DNA of 63,073 bases, the filler included, from Licmophora abbreviata (Eukaryota), in assembly GCA_900291995.1 (NCBI GenBank). It is 15 parts of 15 records of this genome, joined end to end, with 100 filler letters (N's around TTAATTAATTAA, not from the genome) between each part and the next. Parts side by side here need not be neighbours in the genome. Positions count along the whole stretch, not along the records: positions 42,217 to 44,192 come from OLMU01001911.1; positions 44,293 to 47,192 come from OLMU01001912.1; positions 47,293 to 49,772 come from OLMU01001913.1; positions 49,873 to 55,863 come from OLMU01001914.1; 11 more parts are not named here. The stretch is one strand, 5' to 3'. The first letter of the stretch is position 1; the number at the start of each line of letters is the position of its first letter. The notes beneath the pieces are model-generated. The model saw nothing but the letters and a program-made list of their open reading frames with translations, did not search any database and had not been told where the DNA came from. The position numbers were made by a program, and so were the translations under genes. This document shows, one piece after another, positions 43,057 to 54,064 of the stretch.

Positions 43057-43662
43057 TCACAGTTTGGTGAACACCGACAATGCCAGGGTCAGCATCTCGC
43101 GGACACGGGCGGGGTCTTCTCCTGAGGCGCGCATTGTGATGGCAAGGGCGATCTGCTCGCCAAGGTATTTCGCACCGGCCTCGACCGACAGGCCCTCCGG
43201 CCATTCCCCGGAATCGCGGGCCGCTTGCAGGAATGCGGCATAAGCCGCCTGTCCGGCTGCGTCGATCTCCTCCACCCGCGCCCGTGTGTCCGGCCCCAGC
43301 CGGTGCTTGCCCGCGCGCATCTTGTAGAACAGGCAACCGGTTTCCATCCGGGGATCGTCGCTGGCAAAGTCCACGAGCGCGTCAAGCGTCTGGCGCAGCC
43401 CCGTGCCGCGATGCAGGACCACGAACATTTCCGACAGCACCTGTTCGGCATAGCGGTCGAGGACCGCGCGCGAGAGCCCGTCCTCGCTTCCGAACTCGCG
43501 GTAAAGCGAGGGTTTCGAGATGCCAGCCATCTGGCAGATCGCATTGACCGACACATCGGCGGGGTCGCTCTGCCAGTAGGCATTCATCGCAACGTCTACC
43601 ACCTTTCCGGCATTCATCGTCCGCGGTCTGCCACGCGTGGGTCCTTTTTCGGAATCATTCAA
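43057..43662 (-). CDS. TetR/AcrR-family regulator
   Basis: RGRPR, SVNAICQMAGISKPSLYREFGSEDGL; start uncertain (TTG 43662 or ATG 43617). Confidence 0.88.
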   Translation of the reverse strand: MNDSEKGPTRGRPRTMNAGKVVDVAMNAYWQSDPADVSVNAICQMAGISKPSLYREFGSEDGLSRAVLDRYAEQVLSEMFVVLHRGTGLRQTLDALVDFASDDPRMETGCLFYKMRAGKHRLGPDTRARVEEIDAAGQAAYAAFLQAARDSGEWPEGLSVEAGAKYLGEQIALAITMRASGEDPARVREMLTLALSVFTKL

Positions 43663-43667
43663 TTTTA

Positions 43668-43724
43668 TACTGTCCGGTATTTTATTACTTGACGGGGTGC
43701 CTTCGATATACGTACCAGTCGGTA
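43668..43724. promoter_or_regulatory. Two candidate TetR operators
   Basis: TACTGTCCGGTA (43668-43679) and TACCAGTCGGTA (43713-43724) flanking TTGACG (43689). Confidence 0.6.
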
Positions 43725-43752
43725 ACGCAACACGCAAGCAGGAGAACGACCC

Positions 43753-44730
43753 ATGTCGACACCCGAAAGAACCATTGTCATCACCGGCGCAAGCAGCGGC
43801 TTTGGCGCGGCGGCTGTGCGGGCCTTTGCAGATCGTGGCGACCGCGTCTGGGGCACGATGCGCGATACGGCGGGGCGCAACGCAGCTAAGAAGGCCGAGC
43901 TTGAGGGTTATTCCTCCCGCATCACCATCGCCGAGATGGACGTCACCAGCGACGCCTCGGTGACCGAGGGCTTCGCCGCCATTCTGGCCCATGGACCCAT
44001 CGATATCCTGATCAACAACGCTGGCATCATGTATATCGGCATGACCGAGGCCTATTCCGTCGCGCAGGCCGCGGAACAGATGGACACCAATTATTTCGGG
44101 GCCATCCGCGCGATGCAGGCGGTTCTGCCGTCGATGCGCGCGGCCGGTCGCGGCCTGATCATCAACACTAGTTCGATTGCCGGACGGGTGTCNNNNNNNN
44201 NNNNNNNNNNNNNNNNNNNNNNNNNNNNNNNNNNNNTTAATTAATTAANNNNNNNNNNNNNNNNNNNNNNNNNNNNNNNNNNNNNNNNNNNNGTGCCCTT
44301 CTTCGGCACCTATTGCGCCACGAAACACGCGCTGGAGGCCTACAGTCAGAGCCTGCGTTACGAGGTGGCCCCCTTCGGCATCGACGTGTCGCTGGTCGAG
44401 CCCGGCCCGTTCCCGTCGAACCTGCTGGCTGCTGGCAAACCGCCCGCCCGCGCCGATGTTCTGGCGTCATATGGCGACCTTGGGCAGGTGCTTTCGGCCA
44501 TGGTCGCGGGTTTTGCCCAGATGCTGGCCAGCGATGAAGCCCCCGACCCGCAACTGGTGGTGGATGCCTATCTGTCGTTGGCCGATGCCGCGCCCGGCAA
44601 ACGGCCCACGCGCACGGTCGTCGGCATCACCTGGGGCGTCGATGAGGTGAACGCCTTCACCCAACCGCGCCAGGACGCGCTTTTGAAAGAGATGCAGCTC
44701 GACACCGTGCTGGGCGGGGCTGACGCCTGA
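43753..44730 (+). CDS. SDR-family oxidoreductase, interrupted by gap
   Basis: [20 protein letters not shown]. Confidence 0.92.
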
Positions 44731-44770
44731 CCAGCCCAATATCTCTCCCCCTGAAAAAGGACCCAATCCG

Positions 44771-45652
44771 ATGAAACAGACCCTGACTGCCGCCGTAGCC
44801 GCCGCGTCGCTTGCCAGCGGTGCTCTTGCCGATGACACCCCTTCGATCAAGCCGATTGTCGGCAAGTTTCTGGGCGCTGTCCTGCAAGGTGACGTCGATA
44901 CCATGCGCGAGGTGGCGAATGCGGATTACATCCAGCACAACCCCTTTATCCCGACCGGGCTGGAACCGTTCATAGGCCTTCTGCCGGTTCTGGCAAAGGC
45001 GGGCACGACCGCTGAAAATATCCGCATGTTCGAAGACGGCAACTATGTCTTCATGCACAACATCTGGCGCAATGCCGAGCCGTTTGGCGCCCCCGAGATG
45101 GTGGCGTTCGACATCATCCGCGTGGACGAGAATGGCAAAGTCGCCGAGCATTGGGACGCCTTGCAGCCCCTCGTCGCGGAAACAGCCAGCGGCAGAACAC
45201 AGACCGACGGCCCGGCCGAAGTGACGGATCTGGACAAGACCGAGGAAAACAAGGCGCTCGCCGTGGCTTTGATCGAAGACGTGTTGATGGGCAAGAACCC
45301 GGCCAAGATTACCGAGTACATCAGTTCTGAAAGCTATGCCCAGCATAACCCGTATATCAAGGACGGGCTGAGCGGAATCGTCGAGGCGGTCGAGGCGCTG
45401 ACCGCGCAAGGCAACATGTTCCAATACACCGAGATCCATGCGGTACTGGGCGAGGGCAATTTTGTTCTGACCGTCAGCGAAGGCCAATGGAACGGCACGA
45501 CCAACGCCTTCTACGACCTGTTCCGCATGGAAGACGGCATGATCGTTGAGCATTGGGACGTGATCCAGCCTGTGCCGACCGAGGGTCTGGCCAACACCAA
45601 CGGCATGTTCACCGGCTTTGACGGCGTTGGCCCGGACTCGATCGGGCAATAG
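44771..45652 (+). CDS. Secreted tandem SnoaL/NTF2-like protein
   Basis: Signal peptide; duplicated Y(I/A)QHNP...G..EHWD units. Confidence 0.85.
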   Translation: MKQTLTAAVAAASLASGALADDTPSIKPIVGKFLGAVLQGDVDTMREVANADYIQHNPFIPTGLEPFIGLLPVLAKAGTTAENIRMFEDGNYVFMHNIWRNAEPFGAPEMVAFDIIRVDENGKVAEHWDALQPLVAETASGRTQTDGPAEVTDLDKTEENKALAVALIEDVLMGKNPAKITEYISSESYAQHNPYIKDGLSGIVEAVEALTAQGNMFQYTEIHAVLGEGNFVLTVSEGQWNGTTNAFYDLFRMEDGMIVEHWDVIQPVPTEGLANTNGMFTGFDGVGPDSIGQ

Positions 45653-45799
45653 ACCTCATCACGACATAGCCCGGTCAACGGGCAGCGCCCAAGCAGGCGG
45701 GACACCTCGCCCGCCTGCCAATCGCAATCCATGCCCGCAATCATAGAACAGCGCATGACCGACCGGATGTCTGCCTGATGATCGATAGAAGGAAAACGA

Positions 45800-46549
45800 A
45801 TGCCTGCCGATGAACTGACACTTGAGAGCTTTCGCCAGCACCCGGACGTTGTTCGAGCGGTTGAAAATCCCCGGTCCCCGCGTAGCGTGCTCAACTACAT
45901 GTGCGGCTGCGATACTGCGAAGCCGGAAATCCGTGAAAGCCTGAACCAGGACGAAACGGTACGGCCGTTGATGACGATCTGGTTTCAAAGCGGTCGGACT
46001 CTCGACGCGTTTTGCCAGCCCTTCGCACCGGTTGTGCGTGAACTGAAGGCCGACCCACCGAGTTTGATCGGCGAAGAGTGGGATAGCCTTGAAGGCAAAG
46101 TGGCCAAGGTACTGCTGGCCGATCAATTGTCACGATCCTGTTTTAGGGGCAGCGCCGAAGCCTTTTCCTACGATTCGATTGCGCGCGACCTGATGCGCGC
46201 GTTGATGGCCCCGCAGATGATCGACGACACGCTTACCCAGCCGGCCGCCATACTCGATCTGCTTCCTTGGGCGCTGGCGCATTCCGAAGATGCTTCTGAT
46301 CTGGACCTTGCCTGCGACTTTGTCGATCTGGCCATCGTGGCCCATCCGAACTTTAGATTGTTCGCCGAGCGCAACAAACCGGCCATCGACCAGCACCGCC
46401 AGGTTCTGAAAAAGTTCGGCCGCTACCCGCAACGCAACACCGAGTTTGGTCGAAAGACTACGGCGGCTGAGGCAGCATGGCTCGACGACAAGGAAAACCT
46501 GCCCATCTGGGCAGGCGGCAGGGCGTCGTTCAGCCAAAGAATTGGATAA
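45800..46549 (+). CDS. DUF924-family protein
   Basis: DQLSRSCFRG, HSED, FGRYPQRN..GR. Confidence 0.75.
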   Translation: MPADELTLESFRQHPDVVRAVENPRSPRSVLNYMCGCDTAKPEIRESLNQDETVRPLMTIWFQSGRTLDAFCQPFAPVVRELKADPPSLIGEEWDSLEGKVAKVLLADQLSRSCFRGSAEAFSYDSIARDLMRALMAPQMIDDTLTQPAAILDLLPWALAHSEDASDLDLACDFVDLAIVAHPNFRLFAERNKPAIDQHRQVLKKFGRYPQRNTEFGRKTTAAEAAWLDDKENLPIWAGGRASFSQRIG

Positions 46550-46742
46550 TTGAGGCATGGCACACACACCGAATTGCGAGTCCGAATGCGCATGCATGCT
46601 CATGCGAATGATTGCGTGTTCGCATGACTTGCGCACCGGACGCATGAATCAGGCGCAGAAGGGCTCGAACCCGACACTGTTGCCGTGGCTCTTCCAATCG
46701 TTGTCACAATCGATAACTTCGTAATCGAAAAGATTGAACGAA

Positions 46743-47367
46743 ATGTCGTCCGCATTTGCCTCCAACCTCGGCCTGCTGCTCTGCCTTGCCCCGGCTGTCG
46801 TCCATGCCGTCGAGGTCTTCTGCCCCCTCTGGGCCCGGTGGGTCGTGAACTGGGTGCCGCCCTTCTTCGCCCCCGGCCTGCCGCGCCTGTCGAAGGCGCT
46901 GACTCATCATGATCAGATCGCCATGCTTGATGCGGCCTTGGACGCCGCCCCGAAAGACAAGGCACCTGCGGGCGCGGACTACATCTTCCTGATGCTGTTT
47001 GAGCAACGACAAGGTGCGCTGGCCTTTATCGCAGTTGCGGCTGGCGTGCTGTATGGCCTGTCGTTGCCCCTCGCGGATCGTCATGCCCTGCACCTGGTCT
47101 TCGGCATTATGGCCGCCCTCTTCGCGCTGGTGAATGCCAATCATGCCGGCATCCCCGGACTTGGGCATCACCTCAGGGTCAGCCGCAACGGGNNNNNNNN
47201 NNNNNNNNNNNNNNNNNNNNNNNNNNNNNNNNNNNNTTAATTAATTAANNNNNNNNNNNNNNNNNNNNNNNNNNNNNNNNNNNNNNNNNNNNCACAATGT
47301 CGGCATCCTCTTCGCGCCGTTCTGGGCAGCAGCGGCGATCTTGAACTACATCGGCTTCAACAACTGA
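46743..47367 (+). CDS. Hypothetical membrane protein, interrupted by gap
   Basis: Several TM segments; continues after the gap as HNVGILFAPFWAAAAILNYIGFNN*. Confidence 0.6.
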
Positions 47368-47491
47368 CCGCTGCGCGGTTTGGAAATGAACCCACCTGCA
47401 ATGCTGCGGGGCTCACGGTCCGCACGCAAGCAAGCGGTAAGCTAGGTCTGGCTGCTTCTCGTAATCACAACACCTGTCTGGAGCTAACACA

Positions 47492-47983
47492 ATGCGAAGC
47501 CCCGTACCTGATCTCATTCATGGCCTTCGTTGCCTATCTTCGATTTTGTCAAAGGCGGAAAGCCATTGTGGAAATCGCAAGATTGACCCAGACGCCCTTC
47601 TGAAAGCGCGGCTGTATCCAGATATGTTCAATCTGACTCGCAACGTCACCACGGCATGCGATTCTGCAAAGTTTACAGCCGCTCGCTTGTCGCAGACCGA
47701 ACCACCGAGATATGAGGACAACGAAGCGTCATTCGCAGAGCTTCGGGGCCGCATCGCGAAGACGATCGCATTTCTGGAGACCATCCCCGATGCCGCTTTC
47801 GCTGCTGCCGAAATACGCGACCTGGCAGTGCCGCTCTCGCCCGAAGGAACGGCTCGCAACGGGCGGACCTATCTCATACGCTTCGGCCTCCCGAACTTCT
47901 ACTTTCATCTGGCGACGGCCTACAACATCTTGCGCCACAATGGCGTGCCCTTGGGAAAGCGCGATTTTCTATGGGCGAGTTGA
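47492..47983 (+). CDS. DUF1993-family (DinB-like) protein
   Basis: ARLYPDM, LPNFYFHLATAYNILRHNGVPLGKRDFL. Confidence 0.85.
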   Translation: MRSPVPDLIHGLRCLSSILSKAESHCGNRKIDPDALLKARLYPDMFNLTRNVTTACDSAKFTAARLSQTEPPRYEDNEASFAELRGRIAKTIAFLETIPDAAFAAAEIRDLAVPLSPEGTARNGRTYLIRFGLPNFYFHLATAYNILRHNGVPLGKRDFLWAS

Positions 47984-48105
47984 ACTGCTCAAAAGCAGTC
48001 CGGTCCATGGGCTGAGGCGGAGCGATCAGACCGTCAATCCAGAAACGTAGGCACCAAGGGCGACGCTGGCGGCAATTTTCAGCCTCAAGGACCACGTATC
48101 TATCC

Positions 48106-48135
48106 TTGACACCGAAGACTGACCGTTAGTAAGTT
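48106..48135 (+). promoter_or_regulatory. sigma70-type promoter with BetI/TetR-like operator
   Basis: TTGACA-N6-ACTGACCgttAGTAAGTT. Confidence 0.65.
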
Positions 48136-48350
48136 TTTAGGAAAGCCGGGCAGTTCTTTAGCTGCGCGCCGGATCATGTGCAGAACCGTATCGGCACCGC
48201 GAGGGCTCACTTAGGAGAAGTGCTGCAGATGATCGCAAAGATGAGGCAAGTTTCGAACATCTGGCCGAGCCAGCACGCGCGGACAGGCGGGAGAGCGGTC
48301 AACATGACACAATCCTGTTGCCTTCTACTTGCCACTGTCGGCGGCGGGTC

Positions 48351-48863
48351 ATGACATCATTGGCCGATCTGCTGGCGAGCGTCTTCGACCGTCGCAAGGT
48401 GTGGCCTGCTCCTGCAACGCCTAGCGAGAAATCAATTGCCGAACTGGCGTTCGAACTGGTCGGCAGTGCGGGGGAAGCATCAGGACTCGCGTCAGCCGCC
48501 GCCATTTTGGCAAGTTACGTCCACATTCTGGGGCGCAACAAAGATCTGATCATTTCCGGCGGATACAACATCTATCCCAAAGAAATCGAACTGGTGCTGG
48601 ATGCTCAGTCAGGCGTGATCGAAAGCGCCGTCATCGGCGTGCCGCACCGTGACCTGGGCGAGACAGCCATCGGGTTGCTTGTGGCCGAGCCCGGCCAGTC
48701 GCTGGACCTAGAGCAGATCATGGAAGCGATTAAGGCAACACTCGCGCGGTTCAAGCACCCCAGAAAGCTCATCCTTGTGCCGGAATTGCCGCGCAATGCG
48801 ATGGCCAAGGTGCGGAAAAACATCCTTCGGGAACAGTTCAAAGATGCAGTCCATGCAGTCTGA
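48351..48863 (+). pseudogene. In-frame deletion fusion of a malonyl-CoA decarboxylase-like N-terminus and an acyl-CoA synthetase (MatB-like) C-terminus
   Basis: MTSLADLLASVFDRR..GEASG..AIL joined to YVHILGRNKDLIISGGYNIYPKEIE..LPRNAMAKVRKN. Confidence 0.7.
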
Positions 48864-48980
48864 GGCGGTTCTCAGAGAAACGAAGTTGGAGGTGCCCATC
48901 GCGAGATGAGTTTGGAAAGACCACGGTGACCTTCGAGGAGGAAGGCGCCGCAACTTAGGAAACCAAGGGAGGAGAGACTT

Positions 48981-50288
48981 ATGACCAAACATTTGATTGG
49001 CCAAGGCGGAATGACCCGTCGGGGCCTCTTGAAAAGCGGGATGGCAATGACGGCCGCAGGGTTGGTGTTGCCGGCCGGCATGGCAATGGCGCAATCGGAA
49101 CCGAAGAAGGGCGGGACCCTGCGGATCGGCTTTAACTCGGGCAGCACGGTCGACAATTACGACCCCGGCGTCTGGGATACGAACTTCGTTCAGGTCTTTG
49201 CTCAAGCGCGGCACAACTATCTGACGGAAATCGCGGCTGACGGCTCTCTGGTCGGGGAAGTTGCGCAAAGCTGGGAAGCCAGCGCCGATGCGATGACCTG
49301 GACGCTGAAGATCCGATCAGGCATCACCTTCCACAGCGGCGGAACCGTGACGGCTGACGACGTCATTGCATCGATCAACTATCACCGCGGCCCAGAGAGC
49401 ACATCCGCTGCCAAGCCGATCGTCGATCCAATCGTCGAAATCAAGTCAGACGGGCCGAATACGGTCATCGTCACGTTGAGCGGCGGGAATGCCGATTTCC
49501 CCTATCTGATGTCGGACTATCACCTGCCGATCATGCCCGCCAGGGATGGGAAGATCGATCCGACTTCGCCTGACGGTTGCGGCCCCTACAAGGTCGACAA
49601 CTTCGAACCCGGTATCAGCGCCTCGCTGACCCGGCATTCGGGATATTGGAAGACGGATCGCGCCCATTTCGACGGGCTTTTGCTGCTGGCTCTGCCCGAT
49701 CCTGTGGCGCGGCAGAACGCGCTCCTGACCGGCCAGGTGGACGTCATCAACCAAGTCGATCTGACGACTGTTNNNNNNNNNNNNNNNNNNNNNNNNNNNN
49801 NNNNNNNNNNNNNNNNTTAATTAATTAANNNNNNNNNNNNNNNNNNNNNNNNNNNNNNNNNNNNNNNNNNNNAACGGGCCAAAGCCGCCGGCATCAATAT
49901 CACCGTCGAACGTGCGCCGAACGATGGGTATTGGAGCAACGTCTGGATGCAGAAGCCGTGGGTTGCTTCCTACTGGGGCGGTCGTGCCACCTGTGACTGG
50001 ATGTTCTCTACCGCCTATGCGGCGGGTGCTCCCTGGAACGAAAGCTACTGGGACAATGAGCGGTTCAACACCCTTCTGTTGCAAGGGCGGTCCGAACTGG
50101 ATGAAGCGAAGCGGGCGGAGATCTATCACGAGATGCAAGCCATCGTTTCGAATGAAGGTGGCGTTGTGATCCCGATGTTCGCGAGCTTTGTCATGGGCGT
50201 TTCCAACGCGGTCGCGACGCCCGATGTCGTCGGCGCGAACTGGGATCTTGACGGGTTCCGCGCCGTCGAGCGCTGGTGGTTCGCCTGA
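48981..50288 (+). CDS. ABC substrate-binding protein family 5, Tat signal, interrupted by gap
   Basis: RRGLLK, VAQSWEAS..WTLKIRSGITFH, GCGPY, ERWWFA. Confidence 0.9.
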
Positions 50289-50392
50289 TCCTTCCGGTCA
50301 TCTGAACGGGCTCTGGCTAGCATCCCTCGCCAGAGCCTTCAGGCCAGTGCGGCATCAAGACCGCAGGCCATGCATGTAAACGGGGGGACAAA

Positions 50393-51346
50393 ATGAACGA
50401 GATCTGGCGAATGATCGGGCAGCGGCTGCTTCTGGGCGTGCTGACCCTTTTCATCATTTCCGTGGTGATCTTCGGGGCGACGGAGCTTTTGCCGGGCGAC
50501 CTCGCACGCGAGTTGCTTGGGCAGTCGGCCACCGAAGAAACTCTTGCAGCACTTCGCGAGCAGCTTGGCCTCAATGATCCGGCGCCCCTGCGCTACTGGA
50601 ACTGGCTGGCCGGCGTTTTGCAGGGCGATTTCGGGATGTCGATGGCGACACAGAAACCGATCTCGGAACTGGTTGGGGCACGGTTGGGAAACACGCTTTT
50701 CCTAGCATTGTATGCGGCGGCCCTCGCTGTTCCCTTCGCACTGCTGCTTGGCGTTTTGGCTGCCCTTTGGCGCAATTCGATTTTTGACCGTGCATCGAAC
50801 GCACTGGCCCTTACCGCAATTTCCTTTCCCGAGTTTTTCGTGGCTTACACTCTGATCTTGTGGCTGGCGCAATCGGGTCTCTTCCCATCGATGGTGCGCA
50901 TCACGGGGAGCACGACGACGGGCAATCTCTTGTACATGGCTTTCTTGCCCGCGCTGACGCTGACCCTTGTCGTCACAGCCCACATGATGCGGATGACGCG
51001 GGCCGCGATCATCAACCTGCTGGCTAGCCTTTATATCGAGATGGCGCGGCTCAAGGGTATGTCACCCATACGTGTCGTTCTACGCCATGCGGTGCCGAAT
51101 GCGCTGGCCCCGATCATCAACGTAGTTGCATTGAACCTTGCCTATTTGATCACCGGAGTCGTGGTGGTTGAGGTGGTCTTCGTCTACCCTGGCCTCGGGC
51201 AGTTGATGATTGACGCCGTGTCCAATCGCGACATCGCCGTGGTGCAGGCCATCGCGCTGATCTTCGCCTCGGCCTACGTCCTGCTCAACCTTCTCGCGGA
51301 TGTGCTCTCGACGATCACCAACCCGCGCCTGATGCACAGGAAGTAG
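50393..51346 (+). CDS. ABC permease (DppB-like)
   Basis: LPGD, YIEMARLKG, VEVVFVYPGLG. Confidence 0.92.
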   Translation: MNEIWRMIGQRLLLGVLTLFIISVVIFGATELLPGDLARELLGQSATEETLAALREQLGLNDPAPLRYWNWLAGVLQGDFGMSMATQKPISELVGARLGNTLFLALYAAALAVPFALLLGVLAALWRNSIFDRASNALALTAISFPEFFVAYTLILWLAQSGLFPSMVRITGSTTTGNLLYMAFLPALTLTLVVTAHMMRMTRAAIINLLASLYIEMARLKGMSPIRVVLRHAVPNALAPIINVVALNLAYLITGVVVVEVVFVYPGLGQLMIDAVSNRDIAVVQAIALIFASAYVLLNLLADVLSTITNPRLMHRK

Positions 51347-51350
51347 AGCC

Positions 51351-52265
51351 ATGACCATTCTACTTTCCATAGCCGTCGGCCTGGCATTGTTCTTCATGAT
51401 CGGTTTTGCCGCTCGTGCCGTCTTGCAAGCGTTTGCCCCGGCCCATCACAAACCAACCTTCCGCGACATGCCGCTGACGGCTTCCTTCGGGCTGGCGATC
51501 ATCCTGCTTTACGTCTTCGTCGCTGTCTTTGCCCCGTTGATTGCCCCTTACGGCGAGAGTGAGGTTCTTGGTGCCCAGTTCTTGCCGTGGGCATCCCCCC
51601 ACTATCTCGGCACGGACAAGCTGGGCCGTGACATGCTGACCAGGCTAATCTATGGCGCGCGCAATACCGTAGGTATCGCTTTTGCCACCACTGCGCTTGC
51701 GTTCTTTGTGGGGTCGTTCCTTGGAATATGGGCGGCGCTCGTTGGAGGCTGGCTCGACCAATGGTTGTCGCGTTTCGTCGATGCGTTGATGGCCATTCCA
51801 GCCCTGATTTTCTCGCTGCTACTGCTCACAATCTTTGGGACATCGGTCCTTACGCTGATCCTCGTCATCGCGGCTGTTGATGCCACACGTGTGTACCGTC
51901 TGGCGCGCTCGGTCGCCCAAGGGATCGTCGTCATGGACTATATCGAGGCTGCCCGCCTCAGGGGCGAAGGCATGTGGCGTCTCATCCGTCGGGAGATCCT
52001 TCCGAACGCTATGGCACCCCTGGTTGCCGAGTTTGGCCTGCGGTTCTGCTTTGTGTTCCTGTCAATCTCGGCGCTGTCGTTCCTTGGCCTTGGCATCAAA
52101 CCACCGACCGCCGACTGGGGCAGCATGGTACGCGAAAACGCGACGCTGATTACCTTTGGCGACATCACCCCCCTGCTGCCCGCCGGGGCCATCGCGCTGC
52201 TGACGGTCGCAGTGAACTTCGTGGTGGACTGGCAGTTGCACCGCGCAAGCGGTTTGAAGGAGTAG
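51351..52265 (+). CDS. ABC permease (DppC-like)
   Basis: LGTDKLGRDMLTRLIYGAR, YIEAARLRGE. Confidence 0.92.
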   Translation: MTILLSIAVGLALFFMIGFAARAVLQAFAPAHHKPTFRDMPLTASFGLAIILLYVFVAVFAPLIAPYGESEVLGAQFLPWASPHYLGTDKLGRDMLTRLIYGARNTVGIAFATTALAFFVGSFLGIWAALVGGWLDQWLSRFVDALMAIPALIFSLLLLTIFGTSVLTLILVIAAVDATRVYRLARSVAQGIVVMDYIEAARLRGEGMWRLIRREILPNAMAPLVAEFGLRFCFVFLSISALSFLGLGIKPPTADWGSMVRENATLITFGDITPLLPAGAIALLTVAVNFVVDWQLHRASGLKE

Positions 52266-52268
52266 CCC

Positions 52269-53894
52269 ATGGAAACGACAAGGCTGCTGACCATCAAGGG
52301 CCTTAAAATCGAAGGCCGATCTGGTGATGCCTGGCATGAGATTGTCAAAGGTGTGGACCTAACCCTCCATAAAGGCGAGGTGCTGGGCCTGATCGGGGAA
52401 TCCGGGGCTGGAAAATCAACGCTGGGTCTCGCTGCAATGGGCTTTGCCCGGGACGGCTGTCGCATCTCGGGCGGGACAATCGACTTCGACGGGATCGACC
52501 TGCGCACCGCTTCCGAAGCGCTGCGACGGGGGTTGCGGGGCAAGCGTATCGCCTATGTCGCTCAATCGGCAGCGGCGAGCTTCAATCCGGCGCACAAGTT
52601 GATCGACCAGTACTGCGAAGCGCCAGTCGTGCATGGTGTCATGCCGCGCAAGAAGGCCGAAGACGACGCAGTAGAACTCTACCGTCGCATGCGTTTGCCC
52701 AACCCGGATGAGATCGGATTCAGATATCCGCACCAAGTCTCAGGTGGGCAGCTACAGCGAGCGATGACCGCCATGGCGATGTCCTGCCGTCCAGACCTGA
52801 TCATATTTGACGAACCAACCACTGCGCTTGACGTCACCACCCAGATTGAGGTTATGGCCGCAATCCGCGACATCGTACGGCAGTTCGGCACGGCGGCGAT
52901 CTATATCACGCATGATCTTGCCGTAGTTGCTCAGATGGCCGACCGCATCAAGGTTCTGCTCAGAGGCAATGAGGTGGAGGAGGCCGACACCCGGACCATG
53001 CTCGCCGCCCCACGCAAGGACTATACCCGCAGCCTGTGGGCCGTACGTAGTTTTGCACGCGCTGAACATCCGTCTGTAGCCGGAATACCGGTGGTCTCGG
53101 TTCGCAATGTGACAGCGGGCTACGGGGCGGTCGATGTGCTGAAACATATCAGCTTTGACATCCACGCCGGACGCACCGTGGCAGTCGTGGGTGAGAGCGG
53201 ATCGGGCAAGTCCACGACCGCGCGGGTCATCACAGGTCTTCTGCCACCGCGTGAGGGCGAGGTCCTGTTCAACGGCAAGCCGTTACCCGCCAGCTTCAAG
53301 GCTCGCTCCCGCGACGAACTTCGCCAGTGCCAGATGATCTATCAGATGGCCGATACGGCTCTGAACCCAAAGCTTCGCCTGCGCGAGTTGATCGGTCGAC
53401 CGGCAGAGATGTATCTGGGGCTGAAAGGAAAGGCACTGGACACGCGCATCCGCGACCTTCTGGCGCTGATTGAACTGGAACCCGACAAGTACATCGATCG
53501 CTTGCCATCCGAGCTTTCGGGTGGGCAGAAACAGCGCATCGGCATCGCGCGGGCCCTTGCTGCTGAACCGCAGCTTATAGTCTGCGACGAGGTGACCAGT
53601 GCCCTTGACCAGATCGTGCAAGAGGGCATCCTCAAGCTGCTTGACCGGCTGCAGAGCGAGTTCAACCTTGGCTACATGTTCATCACCCATGATCTGGCCA
53701 CAGTGAAATCGATCGCCGATGAGGTGGTGGTGATGCAGAATGGTGAAGTGGTCGAGCGTGGAGCGAAAATGGAGATATTTGCTGATCCGAAGGAGGAGTA
53801 CACTAAACTCCTTCTTTCTTCGGTTCCGGAAATGGATCCTGACTGGCTCAACCGCCTCTTGGTAACGCGATCGAACTTGACACCAAATGTTTGA
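52269..53894 (+). CDS. ABC ATP-binding protein with two fused NBDs
   Basis: GESGAGKST and GESGSGKST; SGGQ twice. Confidence 0.93.
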   Translation: METTRLLTIKGLKIEGRSGDAWHEIVKGVDLTLHKGEVLGLIGESGAGKSTLGLAAMGFARDGCRISGGTIDFDGIDLRTASEALRRGLRGKRIAYVAQSAAASFNPAHKLIDQYCEAPVVHGVMPRKKAEDDAVELYRRMRLPNPDEIGFRYPHQVSGGQLQRAMTAMAMSCRPDLIIFDEPTTALDVTTQIEVMAAIRDIVRQFGTAAIYITHDLAVVAQMADRIKVLLRGNEVEEADTRTMLAAPRKDYTRSLWAVRSFARAEHPSVAGIPVVSVRNVTAGYGAVDVLKHISFDIHAGRTVAVVGESGSGKSTTARVITGLLPPREGEVLFNGKPLPASFKARSRDELRQCQMIYQMADTALNPKLRLRELIGRPAEMYLGLKGKALDTRIRDLLALIELEPDKYIDRLPSELSGGQKQRIGIARALAAEPQLIVCDEVTSALDQIVQEGILKLLDRLQSEFNLGYMFITHDLATVKSIADEVVVMQNGEVVERGAKMEIFADPKEEYTKLLLSSVPEMDPDWLNRLLVTRSNLTPNV

Positions 53895-54064
53895 TGCACA
53901 CGGTGCTTTGCGGAGGTCGAGGACCGACAGGCTAGGAAGACGATCATCGCGACAGTACAGTCGGGTTCTTTTCTTTCGGTAAGTTTCTGATTACCTTAGT
54001 CAGACAAGGTTGAATCTCTCGGGTTTTCGGTCCGCAGATAAGAACTGACAAAGGAAACTACCAA

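Noticed and set aside
53975..54060. Operator-like half sites upstream of the BetI-like gene
   Set aside because: GGTAAGTT and ACTGACA half sites lack partners at the 3-nt spacing; too weak to call
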